Part shown: piece by piece, positions 19,191 through 29,815 of the stretch
Layout of the letters: the number at the start of each line of letters is the position of its first letter
How positions within the stretch are numbered: the first letter of the stretch is position 1
From: an uncultured Coxiellaceae bacterium
GTDB taxonomy: Bacteria; Pseudomonadota; Gammaproteobacteria; UBA9339
Direction: 5' to 3'
Length of the DNA: 64,000 bases
NCBI GenBank assembly: GCA_964565935.1
Contig: CAZMGW010000002.1
Location: forward strand, 2,072-66,071
Notes under the pieces: model-generated
Database searches by the model: none
Told to the model about the DNA's origin: nothing
What the model saw: the letters and a program-made list of their open reading frames with translations, nothing else
Translations under genes and position numbers: made by a program

Positions 19191-20147
19191 ATGCAACCCA
19201 TAGCCGCTCGTCATAATTGGTCGATAGATGAAATCACTGATTTGTTTGCTTTGCCTTTTATTCGGTTATTGAGCCAAGCGTTGTCTACTCACCTGCAATA
19301 TTTCTCAGCGGATGAGATGCAAATTAGTAGTTTGTTGAGCATCAAAACCGGTTCTTGTCCTGAGGATTGCGCTTATTGCGCACAAAGTGCTCATCACAAA
19401 ATAGCGACACCAAAGCATGGTTTGTTAAGTGCAGAACAAGTGGTTGCCGCAGCGAAAGCTGCCAAAAATATTGGTGCCATGCGTTTTTGCATGGGTGCTG
19501 CCTGGCGCAGTCCTCCGGAAAAACAGTTTGGCGAAATATTGGCAATAATAAAAAAAGTGAAGGAATTGGGTTTAGAAACCTGCATGACATTGGGGATGCT
19601 TAATGACGATCAAGTTCGGTCTTTGAAAGCTGCTGGTTTGGATTATTACAATCATAATTTAGATACCTCCCCCGAATATTACGCGAACATAATTACCACC
19701 AGAACTTATAGCGAACGTATCGTCACTTTAGAAAGGTTACGGAATGCCGGGATTAAAATTTGTTGTGGTGGAATTATTGGTTTGGGTGAGAGCAACAAAG
19801 ATCGCATTGGCTTATTACATCAGTTGGCCAATTTTCCTGAACATCCGCATAGTGTGCCGATAAATCGTTTTGTTGCAATAGCTGGTACTCCGCTGGCTGA
19901 TATGCCCCCCATTGATTCTTTTGACTTTGTGCGCGTAATCGCCGTTGCGCGTATTTTAATGCCACGTTCTTTGATAAGGCTTGCCGCTGGGCGTGAAACC
20001 ATGAGCGATGAGTTTCAGGCATTATGTTTTTCTGCGGGCGCTAATTCAATATTTTGTGGAGAGAAACTTCTTACTTCGAAGAACCCTACAGTGAAAAAAG
20101 ATTATGAATTATTGCAGCGTTTAGGAATAAAAACGCATGATGGTTAA
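19191..20147 (+). CDS. bioB: biotin synthase
   Basis: 318 aa radical SAM enzyme. The CPEDCAYC motif is present. Confidence 0.95.
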   Translation: MQPIAARHNWSIDEITDLFALPFIRLLSQALSTHLQYFSADEMQISSLLSIKTGSCPEDCAYCAQSAHHKIATPKHGLLSAEQVVAAAKAAKNIGAMRFCMGAAWRSPPEKQFGEILAIIKKVKELGLETCMTLGMLNDDQVRSLKAAGLDYYNHNLDTSPEYYANIITTRTYSERIVTLERLRNAGIKICCGGIIGLGESNKDRIGLLHQLANFPEHPHSVPINRFVAIAGTPLADMPPIDSFDFVRVIAVARILMPRSLIRLAAGRETMSDEFQALCFSAGANSIFCGEKLLTSKNPTVKKDYELLQRLGIKTHDG

Positions 20148-21300
20148 CATTCTCGCCAGTAAGTTACAACAGCTTCAGCAAGCCAATTTATATCGTACTA
20201 GGTATATTTTACAAAGTGCCAAGGAGCCGCTGGTAAGGCATAACGACCGAGCGTTTTTATCTTTTTCTGGCAACAATTATTTAGGATTGGCAAATCACCC
20301 GGAGGTAATTGCGGCTTGTAAAAAAGGGTTGGATCAATATGGAGTTGGTAGCGGTGCTTCGAGTGTGTTGGGAGGATATAGTTGCGCTCATCACGCGTTA
20401 GAAGAGGAATTGGCGAATTTTTTAGGGTACGAGCGTGTTTTGTTGTTTTCAACCGGTTACATGGCGAATCTTGGAGTGATAACCGCTTTGTATACCACAA
20501 GCGATCATATTTTTATGGATCGTTTAAATCATGCGTCATTAGTTGATGGTTGTCGTTATTCCGGAGCGCGTTTTGAGCGCTATCAACACCAGAATCCCCG
20601 TGATTTAGAGCTGCGCCTAACAAAATCTAAAGCCAAAAACAAATTAATTTGTACCGATGGTTTGTTTAGTATGGATGGGGATTTGGCGCATTTGTCAGAA
20701 ATAGTTGCTATTGCGCGGCGAAATAACAGTTGGTTGATGGTAGATGATGCGCATGGTATTGGGGTGTTGGGATGTCAGGGTAGGGGGATTTTAGACCATT
20801 TTGGTTTGGTGGCGAAAGATGTGCAAATTTTAGTCGGCACATTAAGTAAAGCATTTGGGACATTTGGTGCTTTTGTTGCGGGTAATGAAGTTGTAATTGA
20901 AAGTTTAATTCAATTTGCCAGATCGTATATGTATACGACGGCTTTGCCACCGGCGATTGCTGGGGCTACGCGCATGAGCTTAAAGCTGTTGCAGCAAGAT
21001 GACTGGCGGCGTGATCGTCTGGCTGTGTTAATAAAAAGATTTCAGGAGGGCGCAAGAAATTTGGGTTTGCAGGTATTGCCATCTAATACGCCTATTCAGT
21101 TATTAATTATTGGGCAGTCTGATGAAGCGCAAAAGATGACCCTAAGATTAAAGCAACTTGGCGTCATTGTTGATTTAATTAGACCGCCAACCGTTCCGAA
21201 TAACACCGCGCGTTTGCGTATTAGCTTAACTGCCAATCATATGGAAGAGCAAATTGACTTTTTGTTGGAGGCATTAACAAAAGTTATGGTGAGGATGTAA
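20137..21300 (+). CDS. bioF: 8-amino-7-oxononanoate synthase
   Basis: 387 aa. [10 protein letters not shown] and GTLSKAFG (PLP Lys). Confidence 0.9.
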   Translation: MMVNILASKLQQLQQANLYRTRYILQSAKEPLVRHNDRAFLSFSGNNYLGLANHPEVIAACKKGLDQYGVGSGASSVLGGYSCAHHALEEELANFLGYERVLLFSTGYMANLGVITALYTTSDHIFMDRLNHASLVDGCRYSGARFERYQHQNPRDLELRLTKSKAKNKLICTDGLFSMDGDLAHLSEIVAIARRNNSWLMVDDAHGIGVLGCQGRGILDHFGLVAKDVQILVGTLSKAFGTFGAFVAGNEVVIESLIQFARSYMYTTALPPAIAGATRMSLKLLQQDDWRRDRLAVLIKRFQEGARNLGLQVLPSNTPIQLLIIGQSDEAQKMTLRLKQLGVIVDLIRPPTVPNNTARLRISLTANHMEEQIDFLLEALTKVMVRM

Positions 21301-22079
21301 TGTCGACGAAACCGAGTATTAAAGTATGCGGTTCTGGCGAAGACATTGTTTTGTTACATGGTTGGGCAATGCATTCCGGGGTTTGGGTGGATATGGCAAA
21401 GCAATTGGCACAATCACATCGTGTTACTTTGCTTGATTTGCCTGGGTTTGGAGACAGTGATTTGGTTTTTGGGGGGTATGAGCTAGAGGATATTGCGCAG
21501 CAGATATTTGCTATTATTCCCGCTAAAGCAATTTGGATGGGGTGGTCCATGGGCGGTTTAATTGCTATGTGGATTGCCATACACCATCCAGAAGCAGTAA
21601 AAAAACTAATTTTAGTTAGCAGCTCCCCATGTTTTATAGAAAAACCTAATTGGCCGGGTATTAACCCAGGGGTTTTTGACCAATTCGATGTGTCTTTAAA
21701 AAAAGATGTGCAACATGCCATTTTACGATTTCTTAATTTACAGCTGGGTGAAAATCAATATGTTGCAAGGCAAAAACATTTGCGTCAATTAAAAGCCCTT
21801 ATGTTTGCAAAAAAATTGCCAACAATCGACGCGTTAATTGGTGGGCTTGATTTGTTGCGCAATATCGACATGCGTCCCCAATTGTTTGCTATCAAATGCC
21901 CGGTCTTATTTATTTTAGGTGAGGTTGATCGATTGGTGCCAGCATCAATAGATGAAACTTTAAACGCATATATTCCTCAAGCGTTAATTGGGGTTATTCC
22001 GCAAGCCGCGCATGTTCCTTTTTTCTCTCATGCGCAAATATTTTTAGAAATGGTTAAGAGGTTTTTGCATGCTAAGTAA
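21300..22079 (+). CDS. bioH: pimeloyl-ACP methyl ester carboxylesterase
   Basis: 259 aa alpha/beta hydrolase. LLHGW and the nucleophile elbow GWSMGG. Position inside the bio operon. Confidence 0.8.
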   Translation: MSTKPSIKVCGSGEDIVLLHGWAMHSGVWVDMAKQLAQSHRVTLLDLPGFGDSDLVFGGYELEDIAQQIFAIIPAKAIWMGWSMGGLIAMWIAIHHPEAVKKLILVSSSPCFIEKPNWPGINPGVFDQFDVSLKKDVQHAILRFLNLQLGENQYVARQKHLRQLKALMFAKKLPTIDALIGGLDLLRNIDMRPQLFAIKCPVLFILGEVDRLVPASIDETLNAYIPQALIGVIPQAAHVPFFSHAQIFLEMVKRFLHAK

Positions 22080-22875
22080 TGGTTGCTGTGGGTTTAATAA
22101 AGCTAAAATTGCTCAATCGTTTGGTAAAGCGGCAAGTGTGTACGATGAAGTGGCGATTCTGCAGCAAGAAGTTGGTGTCAATTTGTACGATTTATTAAAG
22201 AGCACCAATATCCAACCTGCAAAAATCTTGGATGTGGGATCTGGCACCGGGAAAATGACATTGGAATTAGCGCATTTGTTTCCCGATGCGGCGGTGCTCG
22301 GTGTTGATATCGCAGACAGCATGGTGCGATTCGCACGTACTAACTTTAAACAAACCGATAATCTGGATTTTATTTGTGCCGATGCGGATTTTTTACCATT
22401 GGCTAATAATTCAATAGATCTAATTGTGTCAAATTTAATGTTGCAATGGAGTGCTAATTGTAAAGCTACGTTAAGTGAATGGTGGCGGGTAATGAAATCT
22501 GGAGGCGTGTTTTTCTTTTCAACATTAGGTCCTGGTTCGTTGCATGAGCTGCGCACTGCTTGGCAGAAAGTTGATTCTGATTCTCACGTTAATTTTTTTG
22601 TGGATCAACACACTCTCAAACGTTGTTTGGTCAATGCGCAGTTTAAAAACATTCAAGTTAAGATGGTTAATCACAGTCGCTTTTTTAATTCGCTGCATGA
22701 ATTAATGACAGATTTAAAAATATTGGGCGCACATAATTTGCAACATAAACGCAAGCCTGGTTTGCTTGGTAAAAGGAAATTTATGCTTTTGCAAGAGGCT
22801 TATGAAAAGTTTCGGTGTGAGAATGGAAAACTGTGCGTAACTTACGAGGTCTACTACGTTAGTGCGGTTCGATGA
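22069..22875 (+). CDS. bioC: malonyl-ACP O-methyltransferase
   Basis: 268 aa class I SAM methyltransferase. ILDVGSGTG motif. bio operon position. Confidence 0.85.
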   Translation: MLSNGCCGFNKAKIAQSFGKAASVYDEVAILQQEVGVNLYDLLKSTNIQPAKILDVGSGTGKMTLELAHLFPDAAVLGVDIADSMVRFARTNFKQTDNLDFICADADFLPLANNSIDLIVSNLMLQWSANCKATLSEWWRVMKSGGVFFFSTLGPGSLHELRTAWQKVDSDSHVNFFVDQHTLKRCLVNAQFKNIQVKMVNHSRFFNSLHELMTDLKILGAHNLQHKRKPGLLGKRKFMLLQEAYEKFRCENGKLCVTYEVYYVSAVR

Positions 22876-22885
22876 CGGGTTTTTT

Positions 22886-23578
22886 ATGAAAAAAGCGGCA
22901 AAAGGCTATTTTGTGGTTGGTACCGACACTGGTGTTGGAAAAACAGTTGTTAGTGCTTCTTTGTTAATTGCATTGGCGCGTTATGGTTTTAAAACAGCAG
23001 CTATTAAACCAATTGCATGCGGTTGTCGGTTGACGTCAATAGGTTTGTGTAATGAAGATGCTTTGATGTTGCAAGAGCATGCAACGCATAAAGTGGAGTA
23101 TTCGCAAACCAACCCTTTTGCTTTTGCAGAGCCAATAGCCCCGCATATTGCCGCGGCAAGAATCGGGGTGGGCTTAACAGTGGCAGAGGTTTTGCTAAAA
23201 ACTCAGCAGGTGCTATCAAGCGATGTGGATTATATTGTGATTGAGGGGGCGGGTGGTTTGTGCGTGCCGCTTAATAGAAATGAGACGATGACTGATCTCA
23301 TAAAGGGTTACGGTTATCCTGTGATATTGGTTGTGGGAATTCGGCTTGGTTGCATTAATCACGCGCTATTAACACTGGAAAGCCTATGTAAACACAATGT
23401 CAAAATTGCTGGCTGGGTGGCCAATGTTATAGATCCAGAGATGGGTTATGTAGACGAAAGTATTCAGTGCATAAAACTTTACACTAAGTCGCCATTGCTT
23501 GGTGTTATACCTTATCAAGAAAAAATTGATTTGAATATGAGCACCGGCTATTTGAGTCTACATTTATTAGTGAGCTAA
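22886..23578 (+). CDS. bioD: dethiobiotin synthetase
   Basis: P-loop GTDTGVGKT and IEGAGG. The ORF starts at GTG 22862, but the ATG at 22886 (MKKAAKGYFVVGTDTGVGKT) is the more likely start. Confidence 0.9.
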   Translation: MKKAAKGYFVVGTDTGVGKTVVSASLLIALARYGFKTAAIKPIACGCRLTSIGLCNEDALMLQEHATHKVEYSQTNPFAFAEPIAPHIAAARIGVGLTVAEVLLKTQQVLSSDVDYIVIEGAGGLCVPLNRNETMTDLIKGYGYPVILVVGIRLGCINHALLTLESLCKHNVKIAGWVANVIDPEMGYVDESIQCIKLYTKSPLLGVIPYQEKIDLNMSTGYLSLHLLVS

Positions 23579-23598
23579 GGTGCGCGTTAGGGTAACCA

Positions 23599-24609
23599 TT
23601 ACGAGATTTTTGTAAAAATAGAATCGAGTATTACATGCAGCACAAAGGCTAGTGTTGCTGATGCTGGAATGGTTAAAAGCCAAGCCCAGCCGATATTTTG
23701 AGCTATTTCCCAATTGATTGCGGATAGTCTTTTTTTCGACAGGCCAACACCCAGAATAGAAGAAGTGATGACGTGAGAAGTGCTGGTTGGTAATCCTAAA
23801 GCCGAAGCGCCAAGAATCACACCAGCTGCAGAAGTTTGGACACAAAAGCCATGAATGGGTTGTAGTTTAACAAAATCTTTACCAACAGTCTTAATAACGC
23901 GCCAGCCGCCGATAGCAGTTCCCAGTGCCATTGCGATGGCGCAAGAAGCCATTACTAGCCACGGTACCGAAAAACTTTTTAAAGTGCCATAGCTAACTAA
24001 TGCCATGGTGATCACACCCATTGATTTTTGTGCATCTGCAGTTCCGTGTGAAAAAGCCACAAACGCAGCAGAAATAATTTGTAGTTTGCGAAAATTTTTG
24101 TTGAGTTTTTCTGGGGAAAAGCAGCGAACAGTCCAAAGTAAAATGATCATTAGTGTGAAGCCAAGTGCTAGGCCAATAATCGGTGAAAAAATCAATGCCA
24201 GTAAGATTATTTTTAGGCCAGACCAATGTAAGGCTGAAAAGCCTACGCTTGCTACCGATGCGCCTGCAATACCGCCGATTAAGGAATGAGATGATGATGA
24301 TGGGATGGCGAAATACCAGGTAGTTAGGCCCCAAATAATAGCAGCGCTAACACCAGAAAGAATGGCTATTTGAGTGATGCTATCAGCATTAACAATACCC
24401 GTGCTGATTGTTGTTGCAACCTTGGTTGAAACCAAAGCTCCAATGAGATTTAACACGGCGGCCATAATGACGGCAGTGCGAATCGAAAGTGCGCGTGTCG
24501 AGACACATGTAGCGATAGCATTAGCAGAGTCGTTAAAGCCATTAATGTAATCGAAGGCTAGGGCGACAGTAATGACAAGAATTAAAACTATAAGACCGGC
24601 TTCAGGCAT
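23599..24609 (-). CDS. inorganic phosphate transporter, PiT family
   Basis: 336 aa polytopic protein. Duplicated PiT signature (NGFNDSANAIAT ... HGTADAQKSMG). Confidence 0.9.
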   Translation of the reverse strand: MPEAGLIVLILVITVALAFDYINGFNDSANAIATCVSTRALSIRTAVIMAAVLNLIGALVSTKVATTISTGIVNADSITQIAILSGVSAAIIWGLTTWYFAIPSSSSHSLIGGIAGASVASVGFSALHWSGLKIILLALIFSPIIGLALGFTLMIILLWTVRCFSPEKLNKNFRKLQIISAAFVAFSHGTADAQKSMGVITMALVSYGTLKSFSVPWLVMASCAIAMALGTAIGGWRVIKTVGKDFVKLQPIHGFCVQTSAAGVILGASALGLPTSTSHVITSSILGVGLSKKRLSAINWEIAQNIGWAWLLTIPASATLAFVLHVILDSIFTKIS

Positions 24610-25219
24610 TTTTGACTACCACGCTTTCCAAAATATTGGCAACATCTTCACATCGGTCGGTTACGCGCTCTAGGTTTTCGTAAATCGCTTTCCATTTGAT
24701 CAAGAAAATCGGATCTTTTTCTTCGTCAAACAAACGACTGATTGCGTCGGCACGTACACGATCTGCTTCGCCTTCCAAAGAATTTATTTCAACACAATAT
24801 TCGAAAATATGCTGGGGTTTATTATCTAGCATCGCTACCGCTTTTTCTACGGTTTGACAAGCTTTAAGGATAATAAATCCAAGCTCTTTTGCTTCCGGTG
24901 TGATTTTGTCAATATGATAAATGATGATGTGTTGAGCCAAAGTATCAATGGCATCAATAATGTCATCTAAAGAAGAAGCAAGTGAATAAATATCTTCACG
25001 ATCAAATGGGGTGATAAAACTTTTGTTGAGGGTTCTAATAATTTCGTGGGTTTGTAAATCGCCTTTATGCTCTATTTCTTTGATCGCATGTTGACTAGCA
25101 AGTGGGTCGCTAAAATTATCAAGCATTTCCTTTAACACAATTGATCCAGCAACTATGTTTTTAGTCATTTCATGGAACATGGGGAAAAATTTTTCTTCTT
25201 TGGGTATTAAGCCGAACAT
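24602..25219 (-). CDS. PhoU-like phosphate transport regulator (DUF47 family)
   Basis: All-helical protein co-transcribed with and overlapping the Pit gene, which is the classic DUF47-Pit pair. The Met at 25219 is preceded by AGAGGAAATC (Shine-Dalgarno); the ORF extends to 25258. Confidence 0.8.
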   Translation of the reverse strand: MFGLIPKEEKFFPMFHEMTKNIVAGSIVLKEMLDNFSDPLASQHAIKEIEHKGDLQTHEIIRTLNKSFITPFDREDIYSLASSLDDIIDAIDTLAQHIIIYHIDKITPEAKELGFIILKACQTVEKAVAMLDNKPQHIFEYCVEINSLEGEADRVRADAISRLFDEEKDPIFLIKWKAIYENLERVTDRCEDVANILESVVVKNA

Positions 25220-25470
25220 GATTTCCTCTGATATAAATTCCTGGTTGCTATATAACATAATTTTTTTTGCGATGCCATGGGTATTATCTTTGGTGGCTGT
25301 CTATGTGAGCAAATAACAACACAATCAAGAGGTTGGCTGGTATTGTCGTTTCCTACAGTAAAATGTCTTATTCTTCTCAGTAGGCGAAATAAAATAAATT
25401 AAATGGTGTCGGTCGAAGTGAAATTGATTATAATGGTGCAACGTGTAATTTACTTCCGGAGGGGTTTAGT

Positions 25471-26043
25471 ATGTTAACTTTTATTATTATTGCTATTGTA
25501 TTGATACTATCGTGGGGAATTATAATTTATAACAAGTTAATCCACATGATTGAAGTTGTTAATAACAACAAAAATCAAATAGATGTGCAGTTGGATCGGC
25601 GTTATAAAGTGTACGAGTCGTTAATTGAGGTGGTAAAAAAATATATGGATTATGAAAAAACCACTTTGAAAGAAGTGGTGGCTTTGCGTTCGCAAGCGCA
25701 AAAATCCTTAGCAAGCGGTGATGAGGGTGGACGCATGAACGCTGAGGAAGCTATTTCCAAAATTGGCGCTAATCTCAATTTGGTGTTTGAGCAATACCCT
25801 GATTTGAAAGCAGACAAAAATGCGCTGCAGTTGCAAGAAGAGATAGTCAATACTGAAAACAAACTCACCTTTGCTAAGCAATCTTACAATGATAGTGTTG
25901 AGCAATATAAAGCTACGAGTAAATCCTTGTTTGAGTCATTTGTTGTTAGTGCTCTTCCCGAGAAATTGCTAAAAGAATTTGCCTATTGGGGTGTTTCTGA
26001 TGAGCAAAGGAAGCAACATGAAGAGTATAAGGTCAAACTTTGA
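25471..26043 (+). CDS. lemA: LemA family membrane protein
   Basis: 190 aa. A single N-terminal TM helix followed by a LemA-type helical domain (...DVQLDRRYKV...NAEEAI...). Confidence 0.85.
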   Translation: MLTFIIIAIVLILSWGIIIYNKLIHMIEVVNNNKNQIDVQLDRRYKVYESLIEVVKKYMDYEKTTLKEVVALRSQAQKSLASGDEGGRMNAEEAISKIGANLNLVFEQYPDLKADKNALQLQEEIVNTENKLTFAKQSYNDSVEQYKATSKSLFESFVVSALPEKLLKEFAYWGVSDEQRKQHEEYKVKL

Positions 26044-26056
26044 ATAATTAAAAATC

Positions 26057-26305
26057 ATGCGTCTAATTGTTAAACATAAAAAAGAGCTGCCCGCTCATAC
26101 CGAGCCAACTTATCTTTTGCCTGTGCAACTGCAAAAGCGTGTGTCGTTGGGCTTGTTTATAATTGGAATTATTGCTGTACTTTATGGTGTTATGCTGTTT
26201 TTTGGATACAGTAAAATTTCCTCTTTAGTCGCCGACGAAGAGGCGCAGCGTGCAAGTCGTGAAAAAACTTATTTAAAAATAGAGGCTCTTACAAAGGATG
26301 AATGA
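26057..26305 (+). CDS. small single-TM membrane protein, unknown function
   Basis: 82 aa with one hydrophobic helix (LGLFIIGIIAVLYGVMLFFGY). Packed between lemA and the M48 peptidase, overlapping the latter by 8 nt. Confidence 0.4.
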   Translation: MRLIVKHKKELPAHTEPTYLLPVQLQKRVSLGLFIIGIIAVLYGVMLFFGYSKISSLVADEEAQRASREKTYLKIEALTKDE

Positions 26306-27338
26306 GTTTTTAAGCTATACCGCCTCCACCACCGATTGGCGTAAACAACTACGAAGTAATGAGCTTCGCACTCATTTTGTGATTACGGCTTTTGTTTTAA
26401 TTTATATTTTTGTTGGTTTGGTCATCGATTTATATTTGCATTCGGAGCTAAGTCAAATCCCCCTCATCCAAGCAGCATATATGCTGATTACTTTTAAAGT
26501 CATTCCGGTGGCGACTTTGATTCTTGGTGGTGTTGCGGCCATTTCAATATTAATCACTTATTCATTGTACGATCGCATCATGTTGCTTGGAACTGAGCAT
26601 CATGAGGTTACGCCGCGAAGTGGGCGCTCTCTCGAAGAACAGCAACTTTATAACGTGGTTGAGGAATTGAAAATTGCTGCTGGATTACGCTATATGCCCA
26701 AAGTTTATTTGATCGAAGCTGATTATATGAATGCTTTTGCCAGTGGCTATAGCGAAAAGTCCGCTCTAATCGCTATTACTCGTGGTTTATTGAACAAACT
26801 TGAGCGCAGTGAACTGCAAGCAGTCATAGCTCATGAGCTAAGTCATATTCGCCATCAGGATATCAAACTAACCCTAATGGCATCGGTTCTAAGCAATATT
26901 ATGGTGATTGCTCTAGATATCATGTTTCGCGGAATTATCTTTGGTGGTCGCAGTAGCAGGCGCCGTGATGGTAGCGGTAATGCTATTGTCATTGTAATAG
27001 TTTTATTACGGTTTTTATTGCCAATCGTTACGGTTTTGTTATTGCTCTATTTGAGCCGCAAGCGCGAATTTATGGCTGATGCCGGCGCGGTAGAATTAAC
27101 GCGTGATAATGCGCCTTTGGCCAAAGCGCTGCTTAAAATCAGCAATGATCATAAAGATAACAAAGAAAAGTACGAGGAGGCTTATCGTTCTACCTCACAT
27201 GAAGAAGTTAGACAAGAAGCTTATATTTTTGATCCAAAGCAGGTGGGGATTTCCACTGTGCAATCAATGGCATCTGTTTTTTCTACTCATCCACCGCTTG
27301 AGGAACGCTTGCAAGCGTTAGGGTTTAGGGCTAAATGA
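26298..27338 (+). CDS. M48 family zinc metallopeptidase (HtpX-like)
   Basis: 346 aa. TM helices, HELSHIRHQD (HExxH), and a downstream EFMADAGAVELT third-ligand region. Confidence 0.85.
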   Translation: MNEFLSYTASTTDWRKQLRSNELRTHFVITAFVLIYIFVGLVIDLYLHSELSQIPLIQAAYMLITFKVIPVATLILGGVAAISILITYSLYDRIMLLGTEHHEVTPRSGRSLEEQQLYNVVEELKIAAGLRYMPKVYLIEADYMNAFASGYSEKSALIAITRGLLNKLERSELQAVIAHELSHIRHQDIKLTLMASVLSNIMVIALDIMFRGIIFGGRSSRRRDGSGNAIVIVIVLLRFLLPIVTVLLLLYLSRKREFMADAGAVELTRDNAPLAKALLKISNDHKDNKEKYEEAYRSTSHEEVRQEAYIFDPKQVGISTVQSMASVFSTHPPLEERLQALGFRAK

Positions 27339-28006
27339 CAAGAATTCTGGCCATCGATACTTCAACTGATGCTTGTTCCGCCGCTTTACTGTGTGGTAAT
27401 AAAATTTACGACCGCTTTGCTATTGCTCCGCAGCAACATACCAAACTTCTTTTACCCATGGTGCATGAGCTTTTGGCTGAGGTGCAACTGACTTTGAATC
27501 AACTTGATGCAATTGCTTTTGGCTGTGGTCCGGGGAGTTTTACTGGCATTCGTTTAGCGGCAAGTGTGGTTCAGGGGTTAGCCTATGCGGCTAATTTGCC
27601 AGTGGTAAAAGTCTCAACTTTGTGTGCTTTGGCGCAGGAAGTTTACAAGGAACTAGGTAACCCCATGGTTTTAGTTGCGCAAGATGCGCGGATGCAAGAG
27701 ATATATTGGGGCAAATACCGAGTCGATAATGAGGGAATTATGCGCGCGGTAGTTCCGGATCAATTAATTGCACCCCAGAAGGTTGTAGGAGTATCGGATA
27801 ATGGCTGGATTGGGGTTGGAAATGGATGGAAGATTTATGGTGACATTTTAACTAAGCATTGTAATATACCAATAGTCGAATCAAAAATTTATCCACAAGC
27901 AAAATATATAACTCAAATTGCAGCTGTTGATTTTTCTGTGGGCCTTATGGTTTCGGCAGAAGAAGCGTTGCCAACATACCTGCGCGAAGAAGTAGCATGG
28001 ACATAA
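27335..28006 (+). CDS. tsaB: tRNA t6A37 biosynthesis protein TsaB
   Basis: 223 aa. ILAIDTSTDACSAAL and GPGSFTGIR motifs. Confidence 0.9.
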   Translation: MTRILAIDTSTDACSAALLCGNKIYDRFAIAPQQHTKLLLPMVHELLAEVQLTLNQLDAIAFGCGPGSFTGIRLAASVVQGLAYAANLPVVKVSTLCALAQEVYKELGNPMVLVAQDARMQEIYWGKYRVDNEGIMRAVVPDQLIAPQKVVGVSDNGWIGVGNGWKIYGDILTKHCNIPIVESKIYPQAKYITQIAAVDFSVGLMVSAEEALPTYLREEVAWT

Positions 28007-28010
28007 TGAT

Positions 28011-29393
28011 ATGCAAACAACTTTTCTAACTGAACAAAACAAATTTTCCATTTATTTTATCGTATTTGTCGCAGCTTTTAGTGGACTACTTTTTGGTTTT
28101 AATACCGGGGTTACTTCAGGAGCCGTTCTATTTATTACCGAAGAATTTCACCTTACCGCGTTTAACACTAGTTTAGTAACAAGCTCAATACTTTTTGGAG
28201 CGTTTATTAGCGCCATTATTAGTGGTAGGTTGGCTGATCGTTACGGTAGGCGCAACCTGATGATATTTAACGCTATATTATTTGTTTTTGGGGCTTTAAG
28301 TAGTGCGCTAGCATCTACGATACATGGTTTGGCTGCGAGCAGGATGATTGTCGGTTTTGCTGTTGGTATTTCATCTTATGTTGCTCCGCTATATATCTCT
28401 GAGTTGGCGCCATTTCGGAAGCGCGGAGTCATGGTTGGGTTTAATCAGTTGTTTATAGTTATAGGTATACTTTTATCTTATGCAATTGATTATATTTTCT
28501 TTTCTGGGGGGCATTGGCGTTTAATGTTTGGTATGGGAGTGATCCCAGCTTTAATGCTGCTTGGTGGATTATTGTTTGTGCCAGAAAGCCCACGATGGCT
28601 GATTGCTAATGATCGAGATCATGAGGCGCGTGAAGTTCTGCAATTAATACATGTTAATGCCAATGTTGAGCTTGAATTGCTTGAAATTAAGGGAAGTTTG
28701 GATGAGCAGCGTAGGGATTGGCGCATGCTTTTAAATCCTTGGTTGTTGCCGGCGGTTATAGTTGGTTTCGGTATTGCAGCGCTGCAACAGTTGGTTGGAA
28801 TTAATATTTTTGTTTACTATGGACCAATAATTTTAGTATATGGCGGCGGTAATCCTGCAAATGTTGCTATGCTTGCAACTTTCGGTATTGGGGCGATACT
28901 CGTAATTTTTACTATTGTTGCTTTGCCTTTAATTGATAGATGGGGGCGCAGGCCTCTTTTGCTATTAGGCTCAGTAGGAATGACTTTGAGCATGTTGACG
29001 TTTTGTGGGATTTTTCTTTGGTTACCAGAAAACTCAGCAATATCATCGTGGTTAATTTTAATTGGTTCAATTGTTTATATTGCTAGCTTCGCTATTAGTT
29101 TTGGCCCTATTGGCTGGCTGATGATTTCTGAGATATTTCCACTGCGAGTGCGTGGTTTAGCAATGAGCTTAGCTACGGCAACCATTTGGGGATTTAACAT
29201 GTTGGTTATTTTGACATTTATCCCAATGATTAAACTGCTGCACTCAAGCGTGGTGTTTGGGATATATAGTGTTTTTTGTTTTCTAGGGTTAATTTTCGTA
29301 TATTTTTTGGTTCCAGAAACCAAAAAGATTACTTTGGAGCGTATTGAAGCCAATTTGCGTTCCGGTAAACCAAGTCGCTATTTAGGGGAATAA
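28011..29393 (+). CDS. MFS sugar porter family transporter
   Basis: 460 aa, 12 TM helices. GRLADRYGRR, PESPRWL and PETKK sugar-porter signatures. Confidence 0.85.
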   Translation: MQTTFLTEQNKFSIYFIVFVAAFSGLLFGFNTGVTSGAVLFITEEFHLTAFNTSLVTSSILFGAFISAIISGRLADRYGRRNLMIFNAILFVFGALSSALASTIHGLAASRMIVGFAVGISSYVAPLYISELAPFRKRGVMVGFNQLFIVIGILLSYAIDYIFFSGGHWRLMFGMGVIPALMLLGGLLFVPESPRWLIANDRDHEAREVLQLIHVNANVELELLEIKGSLDEQRRDWRMLLNPWLLPAVIVGFGIAALQQLVGINIFVYYGPIILVYGGGNPANVAMLATFGIGAILVIFTIVALPLIDRWGRRPLLLLGSVGMTLSMLTFCGIFLWLPENSAISSWLILIGSIVYIASFAISFGPIGWLMISEIFPLRVRGLAMSLATATIWGFNMLVILTFIPMIKLLHSSVVFGIYSVFCFLGLIFVYFLVPETKKITLERIEANLRSGKPSRYLGE

Positions 29394-29401
29394 GAGGGGG
29401 T

Positions 29402-29815
29402 ATGAGTATAAAAAAATATGTAAAAATTTTATGGTTTGGGGCAGCGCTTCTTATAAGCGGGGTTTGTGTTGGGGACAATACCCCAGACTTTACGGATCCG
29501 TTGAAATCAATAATGGTAAAAAAATCAAACCCTGTTTTCAGTATTATTATCAAGTCTAATCCCACCACAGGGTATTCATGGTTGCTTAAAAGCTATGATG
29601 CAAATTTAATTACTCCAATTGGGCGTAAGTTTTACCAACCTGCTGATAGAAAGTTGGTTGGTGCCCCGGGGTATGAAAAATGGACTTTTCGAGTTAAAGC
29701 AGCAGGTTTTGTCGTTCCACAAACCACAAGTATCGTTTTGATTTATGCTCGTCCATGGGATGAGCAGGGTGCTCAAGCAACTAACTTTAAGGTGATAACT
29801 AACTATGCCAATTAA
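29402..29815 (+). CDS. secreted chagasin-family (MEROPS I42) inhibitor of papain-like cysteine peptidases
   Basis: 137 aa. Signal peptide, then SNPTTGYSW, LVGAPG, FRVKAAG and YARPW. These correspond to the three chagasin loops (NPTTG[FY]xW, GxGG, RPW). Confidence 0.85.
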   Translation: MSIKKYVKILWFGAALLISGVCVGDNTPDFTDPLKSIMVKKSNPVFSIIIKSNPTTGYSWLLKSYDANLITPIGRKFYQPADRKLVGAPGYEKWTFRVKAAGFVVPQTTSIVLIYARPWDEQGAQATNFKVITNYAN

